The translations under genes were made by a program, and so were the position numbers. A model generated the notes under the pieces. It did not search any database. It saw nothing but the letters and a program-made list of their open reading frames with translations, and was not told where the DNA came from. A stretch of 41,924 nucleotides of DNA from an uncultured bacterium (GTDB taxonomy: Bacteria; Ratteibacteria; UBA8468; B48-G9; JAFGKM01), in assembly GCA_964502135.1 (NCBI GenBank), contig CAZCUO010000027.1:1-41924 (forward strand), read 5' to 3'. Every line of letters starts with the position of its first letter. The first letter of the stretch is position 1. Positions 8,918 through 17,747 of this stretch are shown here, in pieces.

Positions 8918-9772
8918 TTAACAATTCCTCACTATACATTCTTTTCTAAACTTTGTGAAATCAATATTTAAAATTGCCTTTTTTGTTTTTTTATCCCTGT
9001 AGCCCGAAATTTCCTCATTTATATTCAAACTTTTTCTTATACTCTCCATTATAATTTCTCTTATATACTTTCCCAAAATTGAAGAAAGAGAAGAAAGAGA
9101 AGAAATTTTTTCAACATCTTTATAAAAAATAACTTTAAAATTTTGTTTTTTATTTGAAATTTCATAAGAAGAAACTTTTTCATTTTCCTCAATTATTTTT
9201 ATCTTATACTCTGGGAAAAAATAGTAAAGGTAATTTTTGTAATAAACAAAAGACCCAACTTTGCCGCAGAAAAATTTAATTTCTTTATATTTAATCATTT
9301 CCTTAATTATTTTACAGAAAACTGATAAATTGAGTATAAATTTTGAATTTTTTTTGTTTATAAATTCGTTAAAAAAATAGGGACAAATAACCTTAACCCT
9401 TATTTCCTTTAATTTATTTCTCTCTTTCAAAAAATCGTTATATTTTAATAAAAGTTTATCTATACTATCAATTTTAAAATTATAAGGTATATTCTTTTCA
9501 CAGATATTCTCATTAAATGGACACTCAGAAATGACAAACCTTTTATAAATTTCATAAGGAGAAACTGGTAATTTTTTTTCAATCATATAATATAAAACAA
9601 TTCCAATTTCCTCAAGTTTTTTAAAATCCTTTTTATTTTTGTAAAAAATTTTGCTATCCATTATATATTCTGGAATTTTTATATCCTTATCTGTTAGAAT
9701 ACCTGTTACAACAAGTGGACCAAGTATTGGACCGAAACCATTTTCATCAATACCACATATATATTTTTCCAT
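8918..9772 (-). CDS. divergent RNase HII-like protein with large insertion
   Basis: GIDENGFGPILGPLVV matches the GxDExGRGPxxGP motif. IMDSKIFY matches the DSK motif. KDVEKISSLSSLSSILGKYIRE matches the GDxK...AASIxAK region, and ISGYRDKKTK matches GSGYPSDxxT. At 284 aa it is longer than the usual roughly 200 aa. Confidence 0.55.
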   Translation of the reverse strand: MEKYICGIDENGFGPILGPLVVTGILTDKDIKIPEYIMDSKIFYKNKKDFKKLEEIGIVLYYMIEKKLPVSPYEIYKRFVISECPFNENICEKNIPYNFKIDSIDKLLLKYNDFLKERNKLKEIRVKVICPYFFNEFINKKNSKFILNLSVFCKIIKEMIKYKEIKFFCGKVGSFVYYKNYLYYFFPEYKIKIIEENEKVSSYEISNKKQNFKVIFYKDVEKISSLSSLSSILGKYIREIIMESIRKSLNINEEISGYRDKKTKKAILNIDFTKFRKECIVRNC

Positions 9773-9813
9773 AGAAATAATTTAACTTTTACTTTTTAAA
9801 ATTGTCAAAATAA

Positions 9814-9822
9814 TGGTATAAT
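9814..9822 (+). promoter_or_regulatory. extended -10 promoter element (TGgTATAAT) upstream of the MBL-fold gene
   Basis: TGGTATAAT at 9814-9822, AGGAGG at 9833-9838, ATG at 9846. Confidence 0.4.
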
Positions 9823-9845
9823 AAAACTGGAAAGGAGGTGAAAAT

Positions 9846-10469
9846 ATGGTGGAAAATATAAAATGGCTAGGACATGCAAGTATATTGATTACAAGTAGTG
9901 GGAAATATATATATATTGATCCATGGAAATTAGTTAAGGAACAGCCAAAAGCAGATTTAATATGTATTACTCATCCACATTATGACCATTTCAGTCCCGA
10001 TGATATTAATAAAATTTTAAAAAAGGAGACGTTTTTAATAGGTCCAATTGGTACAGTAAGTAAAATAAAAATAGGTGAAAAAAGAGAAATAAAACCAGGT
10101 GAAGAAGTAAATCTTAACTGGGTAAAAGTTAAGGGAGTTTTTGCTTATAATATAAATAAAAATTTTCATCCAAAAACAAGTAATTTTCTTGGATTTTTAA
10201 TTGAAATTGAAGGAGTTAAAATTTATATTGCTGGAGATACCGATTTTATCCCTGAAATGAAAGAAATTTCTGCTGATATTGCAATTTTACCTGTAGGTGG
10301 AACTTATACTATGACAGCAGAAGAAGCAGCAAATGCAGTAAATATTATAAACCCCAAAATTGCGATACCATATCACTTTGGAGATATTGTTGGTTCAGAA
10401 AGGGACGCAAAACTATTTTCATCTTTTGTTTTAAATTCAAAGGTTGAAATTTTAAAAGTAGAAAAATAG
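9846..10469 (+). CDS. metallo-beta-lactamase-fold metal-dependent hydrolase (UPF0173/UlaG-like)
   Basis: ITHPHYDH (HxHxDH) motif, later GDTD and HF motifs, about 207 aa. Confidence 0.8.
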   Translation: MVENIKWLGHASILITSSGKYIYIDPWKLVKEQPKADLICITHPHYDHFSPDDINKILKKETFLIGPIGTVSKIKIGEKREIKPGEEVNLNWVKVKGVFAYNINKNFHPKTSNFLGFLIEIEGVKIYIAGDTDFIPEMKEISADIAILPVGGTYTMTAEEAANAVNIINPKIAIPYHFGDIVGSERDAKLFSSFVLNSKVEILKVEK

Positions 10470-10847
10470 TTATTTAGGATATTTTGCTTCAACAATTGAT
10501 TTTATTCCACCACGTGGATTAAATTCACCTTTTACTTTCATCCATTTTGGTTTACATGCATTTACAAGGTCGTTTAAAATTCTATTAACTGCATTTTCAT
10601 AAAAAATCCCCAAATTTCTATATGCCTGTATATAAATTTTAAGTGATTTAAGTTCAATAATCCATTCATCCGGTTGATATTCAATAGTTATAGTTCCAAA
10701 ATCTGGTTGCCCTGTTTTAGGACATAAAGAAGTATATTCAGGAATAATTATAGTAATTGTGTAATCCTTAAATTGATTTTTAAAACATTCAATTTCAGGC
10801 AATTTTGCTTCAAGTCCTGCTTTTGCAAATTCTTGATAATCTCCCAT
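10470..10847 (-). CDS. queF: NADPH-dependent 7-cyano-7-deazaguanine (preQ0) reductase, type I
   Basis: PEYTSLCPKTGQPDFGTITIEY (catalytic Cys and QueF motif) and E(S/L)KSLK-type motif IELKSLKIY. Confidence 0.92.
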   Translation of the reverse strand: MGDYQEFAKAGLEAKLPEIECFKNQFKDYTITIIIPEYTSLCPKTGQPDFGTITIEYQPDEWIIELKSLKIYIQAYRNLGIFYENAVNRILNDLVNACKPKWMKVKGEFNPRGGIKSIVEAKYPK

Positions 10848-10850
10848 TTT

Positions 10851-11123
10851 CTAAAATCTTATTTCAAAATCTTCAAATTCACCTTTATAAACTTCTTCAA
10901 TTTTTTCAATTTCTCTTATATTTTTCCCCAAATATCCTTCTTTTAATTCTTCTAAAAATCTTTCAACCTTTTCTTTCTCACCTTCAACAATTATTTCCAC
11001 TCTTCCATCTGGTAAATTTTTAACCCAACCATAAACACCAATTTTATTCCCTATTCTTTGAGCATACCATCTAAACCCAACACCTTGAACTCTACCACTT
11101 ACATATAAATGATACCTCTTCAT
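10851..11123 (-). CDS. acyP: acylphosphatase
   Basis: VSGRVQGVGFRWY and GWVKNLPDGRVE signatures, 90 aa. Confidence 0.9.
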   Translation of the reverse strand: MKRYHLYVSGRVQGVGFRWYAQRIGNKIGVYGWVKNLPDGRVEIIVEGEKEKVERFLEELKEGYLGKNIREIEKIEEVYKGEFEDFEIRF

Positions 11124-11157
11124 AAATAAAAAAGCCCGCCACTTTTTGTGGCGGGCT
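11124..11157 (-). terminator. rho-independent terminator downstream of groEL
   Basis: The minus strand reads AGCCCGCCAC-aaaaa-GTGGCGGGCT followed by a T-run. This GC-rich 9-10 bp stem sits in an otherwise AT-rich context, 9 nt after the groEL stop. Confidence 0.85.
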
Positions 11158-11165
11158 AATAGACA

Positions 11166-12788
11166 TTAATATTCTGGATAGGGTGGTGGAGTTGATGTTT
11201 TTTCTTTCTTTTCAGGTATTTCAGTGATTAGTGATTCCGTTGTTAAAAGTAAAGCCGCCATACTTGCTGCATTTTCAAGAGCGCTTCTTACAACCTTTGT
11301 AGGATCAATAATTCCTGCTTCAACAAGGTCTTCAAAAGTATCCTTTTCTGCATTAAAGCCAAAGTTTGGATTATCACTTTCTCTAACTTTCTGAACAACA
11401 ACTGCTCCATCAAGTCCTGAGTTTTCTGCAATTTGTCTTAAAGGTGCTTCAAGTGCTTTTTTAACAATCATTGCTCCTGTTTTTTCATCAGGGTCATCTA
11501 AATTTAATTTATCTATTTCATCCTGACATCTAATTAAGGCTACTCCTCCTCCAGGAACAACTCCCTCTTCAACTGCTGCTCTTGTTGCACTTAAAGCATC
11601 CTCCACCCTTGCTTTCCTTTCTTTCATATCTGTTTCAGTTGGTGCTCCCACATTAATAACTGCAACTCCGCCAGCAAGTTTTGCAAGTCGTTCCTGTAAT
11701 TTTTCTCTATCATAATCAGATGTTGTCTTTTCAATTTCGCTCTTAATTTGATTAATTCTTCCCTGTATTTTTGCAGCAGAACCAGCACCTTCAACAATTG
11801 TGGTATTTTCTTTATCAACTATAACTCTTTTTGCTCTACCAAGCATTGAAAGATCAACATTTTCTAATTTAAGTCCCAATTCTTCCATTATTGCCTGACC
11901 GCCAGTTAAAATCGCTATATCTTCAAGCATTGCTTTTCTTCTTTCACCAAAACCAGGTGCCTTAACTGCACAGCATTGTAAGGTTCCTCTTAATTTATTT
12001 ACAACTAATGTTGCAAGTGCTTCGCCCTCAACCTCTTCTGCAATTATAAGTAAAGGTCTACCTGCCTGTGCAATTTTTTCAAGCAATGGAAGAATATCCT
12101 TTACTGAAGAGATTTTTTTATCATGTATTAAGATATATGCATCTTCAAGAACACATTCCATTCTCTCAGGGTCAGTTATAAAATATGGTGAAAGATAACC
12201 TCTATCAAATTGCATACCCTCAACAACTTTCAATTCTGTTTCTGTTCCTTTGGCTTCTTCAACAGTTATAACTCCTTCTTTTCCAACTTTATCCATTGCT
12301 TCTGCTATAATCTTACCTATTTCAGGGTCATTTGCTGCTGCTATTGTTGCTACCTGCTGAATTTCATGTTTGTCCTTTACTGGTTTACTCATCATTTTTA
12401 ATTTTGCAACAACTGCTTTAACTGCTTTTTCAATCCCTCTTCTTAAATGAACAGGATTTGCTCCCGCTGCAACATTTTTAAACCCTTCTTTGGCTATTGT
12501 AACAGCAAGTAAAGATGCAGTTGTTGTTCCATCTCCTGCTACATCATTTGTCTTTGACGCTACTTCCCTCAAAAGTTGTGCACCAAGGTTTAAATATGGA
12601 TCTTCAAGTTCAATTTCCTTTGCAATTGTAACTCCATCATTTATAACAGTGGGAGAACCAAACTTTTTTTCTAATACAGCACATCTTCCTTTAGGTCCTA
12701 ATGTAGGTCTTAAAGCAGATGCCATAATTTCCATTCCTTCAAGAATCTTCCTTCTTGCCTCTTCCCCAAGTAAAATCTGTTTTGCCAT
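11166..12788 (-). CDS. groL: chaperonin GroEL (Cpn60)
   Basis: Full-length match to GroEL blocks ([28 protein letters not shown]). The C-terminus lacks the usual GGM repeats. Confidence 0.98.
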   Translation of the reverse strand: MAKQILLGEEARRKILEGMEIMASALRPTLGPKGRCAVLEKKFGSPTVINDGVTIAKEIELEDPYLNLGAQLLREVASKTNDVAGDGTTTASLLAVTIAKEGFKNVAAGANPVHLRRGIEKAVKAVVAKLKMMSKPVKDKHEIQQVATIAAANDPEIGKIIAEAMDKVGKEGVITVEEAKGTETELKVVEGMQFDRGYLSPYFITDPERMECVLEDAYILIHDKKISSVKDILPLLEKIAQAGRPLLIIAEEVEGEALATLVVNKLRGTLQCCAVKAPGFGERRKAMLEDIAILTGGQAIMEELGLKLENVDLSMLGRAKRVIVDKENTTIVEGAGSAAKIQGRINQIKSEIEKTTSDYDREKLQERLAKLAGGVAVINVGAPTETDMKERKARVEDALSATRAAVEEGVVPGGGVALIRCQDEIDKLNLDDPDEKTGAMIVKKALEAPLRQIAENSGLDGAVVVQKVRESDNPNFGFNAEKDTFEDLVEAGIIDPTKVVRSALENAASMAALLLTTESLITEIPEKKEKTSTPPPYPEY

Positions 12789-12802
12789 TTTTCACCTCCT
12801 TT

Positions 12803-13108
12803 TTATTTTTCTTCAACTATAGCCAAAATATCATCTTCCCTTAAAATTATATATTGTTTATCATCCACTGTTACTTCTGTCCCTGCATATTTTCCATATA
12901 AAACTTTATCCCCAACTTTAACCTCCATAGGTATTATTTCACCCTTATCATTTACCTTTCCTTTGCCAACAGCAACAACTTTACCTTCCTGTGGTTTTTC
13001 TTTTGCAGTATCAGGAAGAATTATACCCCCTTTTGTTTTTTCTTCTGCTTCAAGAGGTTCAACAACTACCCTATCCCCGAGAGGTCTAATTTTAAATTTT
13101 GTAGCCAT
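12803..13108 (-). CDS. groS: co-chaperonin GroES (Cpn10)
   Basis: [33 protein letters not shown]. Start set to the ATG at 13108 after GGAGGTG; the track start at 13114 is the GTG inside the RBS. Confidence 0.96.
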   Translation of the reverse strand: MATKFKIRPLGDRVVVEPLEAEEKTKGGIILPDTAKEKPQEGKVVAVGKGKVNDKGEIIPMEVKVGDKVLYGKYAGTEVTVDDKQYIILREDDILAIVEEK

Positions 13109-13168
13109 ATTCACCTCCTTTTAATTTAATGTTAAATTTAAAGAAGAGATTTTTTCTTTGAGTTATAT

Positions 13169-13198
13169 ATTATACCCTTTATTATCTAATTTTGTCAA
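13169..13198 (-). promoter_or_regulatory. near-consensus sigma70 promoter of groES-groEL
   Basis: Minus strand: TTGACA (13198-13193), 18 nt spacer, TATAAT (13174-13169), about 60 nt upstream of groES. Confidence 0.65.
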
Positions 13199-13227
13199 GA
13201 GATTTACAAGAATTGTTTTTTATTTTA

Positions 13228-15474
13228 TCATAATTCTTTTGTTTTATCAAATGTGAAAATTATATCTTGCTTAAATTTATTATATATTTCAACCACTTCC
13301 TCTTTTGCCTTTAAAAATATATCAACAATTTTAGGGTCAAAAGATTTTCCTTTTTCTTGGTTAATAATTTCAAATCCTTCAATTATATCCACAGGTTCTT
13401 TATAAATTCTTTTTGAGGTTAATGCATCAAAAACATCAGATAATGCAGCAATTCTTCCATAAATGGGTATTTCATTACCTGAAAGTCCATAAGGATAACC
13501 ACTTCCATCATATTTTTCATGATGTGAAAGTGCAATAATTTCTGCTGCTTTGAGTATAATAGATTTGGAACCTTCAAGCATTTTTGCTCCGATTATAGGG
13601 TGCATTTCAACTATTTTTCTTTCTTCATATGTTAATTTCTCTGGTTTTAATAATATATTATCAGGTATTGCTATTTTCCCTATATCATGTAAAGGCATTG
13701 CATTTTTTATAAGATTACATTCTGTTTTTTTAAATCCCATTTTTTCTGCTATTAAATAAGCATAATTACTCACCCTTTGAATATGGCCCCCTGTTTCTCT
13801 ATCTCTATATTCAATTGCCATTGCAATACGAAATATTGTCTCAAGTTGTGTTTCTTTTAAAATAAGATTTAATTTTGAATTTTGTATAGCTATTAATCCT
13901 TGAAGTGAAAGTGTCTCTATTAAGTTTATATCATCAAAATTAAACATTCCTTTTTTAGAAAATACACTTGGTTTTTTATTTATAAAAATGCCAAAAACAG
14001 AAAAATCTTGTAAAGAAATTATTGGGATTATTGCTAAATTTTTTATTTTATCTCCTTTAAATTTATTTATTATTTTAGGTTTTGTTACATTTTTTGTAAT
14101 TTCTTCAATATTTATACATTCAATTTCTTCACCTTCTTTTGCTATAATCTCAATTTTGTGCCCAGTTTTTGTTAAAATACAACCACTTTCTATCTGTAAA
14201 GTAAGTAATATTGTTTTAAGAACCATAGAAGGTGTATTTTCAATAAGTTCTTCACTTCCAAAGCCCAAAAATTGCATATTTTCTTTTTTAAGTAATTCTA
14301 CAGGATTAAGCATTTCAGTGAATTCCTCTTCTACATTTCTCACAATTTTTAAAATTGTTTCTTTTTGAAAAAGTTTTTTTATTGTTAGAAATAGAGAATA
14401 AAAAATAAAGGAAAGATAATAAAAAACTGTGAAAAATATAAATGGAATTACATCAAAAAAAATTCCCCATTTATCCATCAAAATTTTTGAAGTAAAAAGA
14501 ATTAAAACTGGGAAAAAAATTGTATAGATTGTGTTTAGAAAAATCTTTGAATTTGAAAAAATTAATGATAGAAAAATTGAATAAATAAAAAAATAAAAAA
14601 GGGAGTTTATATGTTTTATATATTCCTCTGAAATATTTGTTGCAATAGAACTTGCTTGAACAAACACACCAAATTGAGTTCCTAAAGGAGTGGGAATTAA
14701 ATCAGCATTTTTGGCCCCAACAATAGTTTGTCCAATTAAAACAATTTTACCTTTAAAAAAATCTTTTTTATAATTTTTCTTAATAACGTCTGAAAAGGGA
14801 ATAAAATAATCTTTTATTTTTTGTGGAGAAATGTACCTAATATAAAAACATCCTTCATTATCCAAGGGTAATTCATTTTCTAAAGATGTTACATCCTTTT
14901 TTTTCAAAATTCTTTTTACTTCAATACCAAGTTGTGGATAAATTTTTTCTCCATACTTAATATAAGCAGGAAATTTTCTAATAATCTGGTCTTTATCTTG
15001 ATATGTATTTATATGTCCAGAAGATAATGCAAAATTTTCAAATTCATCTGCACTTCCTCTTATTGAATCTACTATATAAATTTTACCTTCTCTTTTTCTA
15101 AGTTTAACTGGAGAGAAAACTGGAAGAATTACTTTTCCATTTTCTTTTATACTTTTAAGAAACTCCAAATCTTCCTTATTTTTTTCTGAAAATGTTGGAA
15201 AGAATATATCAAAAACAATAATTTCTGCCTCATCTTCTTTTAATATTTTTAAAATTTTTGAATAATATTTTCTGGAAAATGGTTCTCCAATTTCTTTTTC
15301 AAAATCACCAGTAATTCCAACTACTACAACAGGAATATCTTTCTTTATGACTGCACTTTTTAATCTCCAATCATAAGTTATAAGTTCAAATTTTTCTAAT
15401 TTTTTATTTTTGAGTAAGATTAAAATTAAAAGAATTATGAGAAATGCAAAAATAAACTTTAAAAAACTTTTCAT
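13228..15474 (-). CDS. CHASE2 sensor / multi-TM / GAF-like / HD-GYP domain protein (putative c-di-GMP phosphodiesterase)
   Basis: N-terminal TM helix plus an extracytoplasmic domain of about 280 aa with a CHASE2-like pattern, then 3-4 TM helices. C-terminus has canonical HD-GYP motifs (GGHIQRV, HDIGKIAIPD, HHEKYDGSGYPYGL). Start is ATG at 15474 or TTG at 15480. Confidence 0.85.
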   Translation of the reverse strand: MKSFLKFIFAFLIILLILILLKNKKLEKFELITYDWRLKSAVIKKDIPVVVVGITGDFEKEIGEPFSRKYYSKILKILKEDEAEIIVFDIFFPTFSEKNKEDLEFLKSIKENGKVILPVFSPVKLRKREGKIYIVDSIRGSADEFENFALSSGHINTYQDKDQIIRKFPAYIKYGEKIYPQLGIEVKRILKKKDVTSLENELPLDNEGCFYIRYISPQKIKDYFIPFSDVIKKNYKKDFFKGKIVLIGQTIVGAKNADLIPTPLGTQFGVFVQASSIATNISEEYIKHINSLFYFFIYSIFLSLIFSNSKIFLNTIYTIFFPVLILFTSKILMDKWGIFFDVIPFIFFTVFYYLSFIFYSLFLTIKKLFQKETILKIVRNVEEEFTEMLNPVELLKKENMQFLGFGSEELIENTPSMVLKTILLTLQIESGCILTKTGHKIEIIAKEGEEIECINIEEITKNVTKPKIINKFKGDKIKNLAIIPIISLQDFSVFGIFINKKPSVFSKKGMFNFDDINLIETLSLQGLIAIQNSKLNLILKETQLETIFRIAMAIEYRDRETGGHIQRVSNYAYLIAEKMGFKKTECNLIKNAMPLHDIGKIAIPDNILLKPEKLTYEERKIVEMHPIIGAKMLEGSKSIILKAAEIIALSHHEKYDGSGYPYGLSGNEIPIYGRIAALSDVFDALTSKRIYKEPVDIIEGFEIINQEKGKSFDPKIVDIFLKAKEEVVEIYNKFKQDIIFTFDKTKEL

Positions 15475-15498
15475 TAACAATAAATTTTTTCTTTATTA

Positions 15499-16419
15499 TT
15501 AGTTTTCACTTGAAATATTTTTTTTCTTCTTTATTATATTTGGTTTTTGCTTTGGTGGTTTTCTCGGAACTTTATTTTTTTCTTCTCTTTCATATGTAAT
15601 TGTCTCAACAACAACTTCTTCTCCACTCTTAACTTTTTCTCCCCTTCCCTGATTTCTCTCTCTTACAGAAACAATACCTTCTTCAACACTAATTGTTGTT
15701 TTTGCTACTTGAATATTTTCTGAATTTTTACCCCATAAATTATAAACATTAAACTTTGTTCCTTCAACACCAGCAATTACAGCAGGTGTTATAACTTCAA
15801 ATTGAGAATCTCCTTTATGTTCAATATTATAGTTTGTATCTTCACCTTCTGGAGAATATATTATACTATAAATTTTACCATCCTGATTTGTAAATGAACC
15901 TAAAAGGCCAACTTTTCCAGTTATATTTACTTCTGTGCCATCTTCAAAATTAAATTTTCCATCATTATAAATTTTACCAAATTCTGCTTTAATACCTGAC
16001 CATAAAACCTTTGCATTTTTCCCTATATCAACAGAATAAGAAAGATAAGCAGCAACTGTTCTTTTACCCCCAAAATGTCTTGGACAAATAAGAAATACTT
16101 TCTTTGCATCATCAGATGCAAAATATCTCCCTATATAAAATTTTGAATAACTATCACCCTTTTCTCTATCACTTGGACAATGAAAGATATTTGGATTTTG
16201 AATATACATAGGCATTAAAGAAGATAAAGTAATTGGGGTGTCATTCCAATCTGCCTGGTAGTTTTCAATTGCCTGTGCTATATTTTTCATATTATTAACA
16301 CATCCCATTGTTCTTCCAAATTCTCTTGAATTTGACACAACCCCTATCAGAAGAATTAAAATACTCAAAGCAATAAATGAAAGTATTAAAATTTCAATTA
16401 AACTAAATCCTTTTTTCAT
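15499..16419 (-). CDS. prepilin-type N-terminal domain protein fused to a FecR-like beta domain, Lys/Pro-rich C-terminal tail
   Basis: MKKG|FSLIEILIL has the class III signal with Glu at +5. VITPAVIAGVEGTKFNVY...ISVEEGIVSVRE...KVKSGEEVVV fits the FecR-domain pattern (T..a...v.GT.F.V......V.eG.V.v......l..Ge). Start at 16419 is preceded by GGAGGTGGAGG. Confidence 0.75.
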   Translation of the reverse strand: MKKGFSLIEILILSFIALSILILLIGVVSNSREFGRTMGCVNNMKNIAQAIENYQADWNDTPITLSSLMPMYIQNPNIFHCPSDREKGDSYSKFYIGRYFASDDAKKVFLICPRHFGGKRTVAAYLSYSVDIGKNAKVLWSGIKAEFGKIYNDGKFNFEDGTEVNITGKVGLLGSFTNQDGKIYSIIYSPEGEDTNYNIEHKGDSQFEVITPAVIAGVEGTKFNVYNLWGKNSENIQVAKTTISVEEGIVSVRERNQGRGEKVKSGEEVVVETITYEREEKNKVPRKPPKQKPNIIKKKKNISSEN

Positions 16420-16975
16420 CCTCCACCTCCTTTTTTTTAAAAGAAATGTGAGATATTTTATTTTCAAGTTCTTTTAAAGCAATATTTAAACTTATATCTT
16501 TAACTTCAGTATTTTTCCAAATTTCTATAACATTTGTCACTGTTTCTACTAAATCTTTATATTGATTTGAAAATTTTTCAAGTTCTTCTACTATAGAAGT
16601 CAGTGTATCTCCCCTTCTTAATTTAAACTCAGGATATTTCCCTTCCTGTAATTCTTTAAGCATTTTTTTTATTCTATATGCTGGACCTGCAACTTTATGG
16701 GATAAAATAACCATTCCAAGAGTAGCAAGAAATGCAAGTAAAACTATTAGGGTAAAATTTAAAATAATAAATCTTTTTCCAAACTGTGAATATATATTCT
16801 CAATTTCTTCACCAAATTTTAAAATTTTTTCAGACAAACCTATCCATATATTATTAAAAGTAATACTACTAACGATGAAACAAGAGATGGCAAGAGTAAT
16901 TATTGTGAATATAACAAATCTTAATTGTATTTCAGTATCTATCCACAATATTTTTCTTCCCTTTTTTTGTCGCAT
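16403..16975 (-). CDS. two-TM membrane protein with HAMP-like linker and coiled-coil tail
   Basis: Two hydrophobic helices. SHKVAGPAYRIKKMLKELQEGKYPEFKLRRGD resembles HAMP-like (AGP.YR) linkers of small sensor-like proteins. Confidence 0.55.
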   Translation of the reverse strand: MRQKKGRKILWIDTEIQLRFVIFTIITLAISCFIVSSITFNNIWIGLSEKILKFGEEIENIYSQFGKRFIILNFTLIVLLAFLATLGMVILSHKVAGPAYRIKKMLKELQEGKYPEFKLRRGDTLTSIVEELEKFSNQYKDLVETVTNVIEIWKNTEVKDISLNIALKELENKISHISFKKKEVEDEKRI

Positions 16976-16993
16976 TTCTTACCTCTCATTTCA

Positions 16994-17022
16994 ATCATAC
17001 CGCTATATTTTAAATTTGTCAA
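16994..17022 (-). promoter_or_regulatory. sigma70-like promoter for the 16975-13228 operon
   Basis: Minus strand: TTGACA (17022-17017), 17 nt spacer, TATGAT (16999-16994), then GAGG and ATG at 16975. Confidence 0.55.
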
Positions 17023-17063
17023 GTTTTTGACATATTTTTATATTAAGGTTAAATTTGAAAAAT

Positions 17064-17747
17064 ATGTTAGAAATTTACAAAACAATTTTAAAAATAAAAA
17101 AGGAAGAGGCAAAACTCATAATGATTACCTTCATTTATATTTTTTTAAGAAATTTATTCCTGGAAAAATTTTTAAGTTGGTATTTCTTTACTTTTTTGTT
17201 TGAAATCTATCTCACAGTTTGTGTTTATTCAGGAATAAAAAAATCTGTATTTAACGAATATTTTAATTTTTCAGAAATTTTTAAAGATGGTTTCTATTAC
17301 TTACCTTCAATTTTATTCTACTATATTTTTATTGGATTTTCTATTGCCATAATATATTTAATCATCACTCTTTTAATAAATTCAATAAAAACTCATACTA
17401 TTTTTTCCTTCTTTCTATTTTTTTTGATAATTTCATGGGCTTCATTTCCTATATTTTTTTTGATTTTAACACTTTATGCTCCCTTTATAATAATTGTTAA
17501 AAATGAAACAATTTTTGATGGAATGAAAGAGAGTTTAAAATTTGTAAAAAGAAACTTTTCCGATTTAATCTGTTTGTTTTTCCCATTTTTAATTTTATGG
17601 TATATTTTTGTTGTGATTTTTCAAAAATATGATAAAATAATTCCATTAAAAACTTTTTTAATTTTACTTGTTTCTTTAAATGAAATATTAACAGTTAAAT
17701 TAGTTTTTTTGACAATTAAAGGAGTGAAAAATGAAAGAAATGTTTGA
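17064..17747 (+). CDS. polytopic membrane protein, function unknown (overlaps porG start)
   Basis: Five to six hydrophobic helices, no recognisable family. The first ATG is at 17064; the track TTG is at 17055. The 3' end overlaps porG by 17 nt. Confidence 0.55.
   Translation: MLEIYKTILKIKKEEAKLIMITFIYIFLRNLFLEKFLSWYFFTFLFEIYLTVCVYSGIKKSVFNEYFNFSEIFKDGFYYLPSILFYYIFIGFSIAIIYLIITLLINSIKTHTIFSFFLFFLIISWASFPIFFLILTLYAPFIIIVKNETIFDGMKESLKFVKRNFSDLICLFFPFLILWYIFVVIFQKYDKIIPLKTFLILLVSLNEILTVKLVFLTIKGVKNERNV

Noticed and set aside
9081-9106. Short tandem repeat GAAGAAAGA x2.9 (encodes SSLSSLSS on the minus strand).
   Set aside because: It is a 9-nt in-frame low-complexity repeat within the RNase HII-like CDS. 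It has no spacers and is far too short to be a CRISPR or regulatory array.
12210-12822. Plus-strand ORFs 12210-12401 and 12490-12822 inside groEL.
   Set aside because: They are antisense shadows of groEL with no RBS and no recognisable motifs.
13199-13227. Small hairpin ACAA-gaa-TTGT followed by a T-run between the CHASE2/HD-GYP stop and the groES promoter.
   Set aside because: The T-run follows the stem only on the plus strand, where no gene ends. The 4-bp AT-rich stem is too weak to call a terminator.
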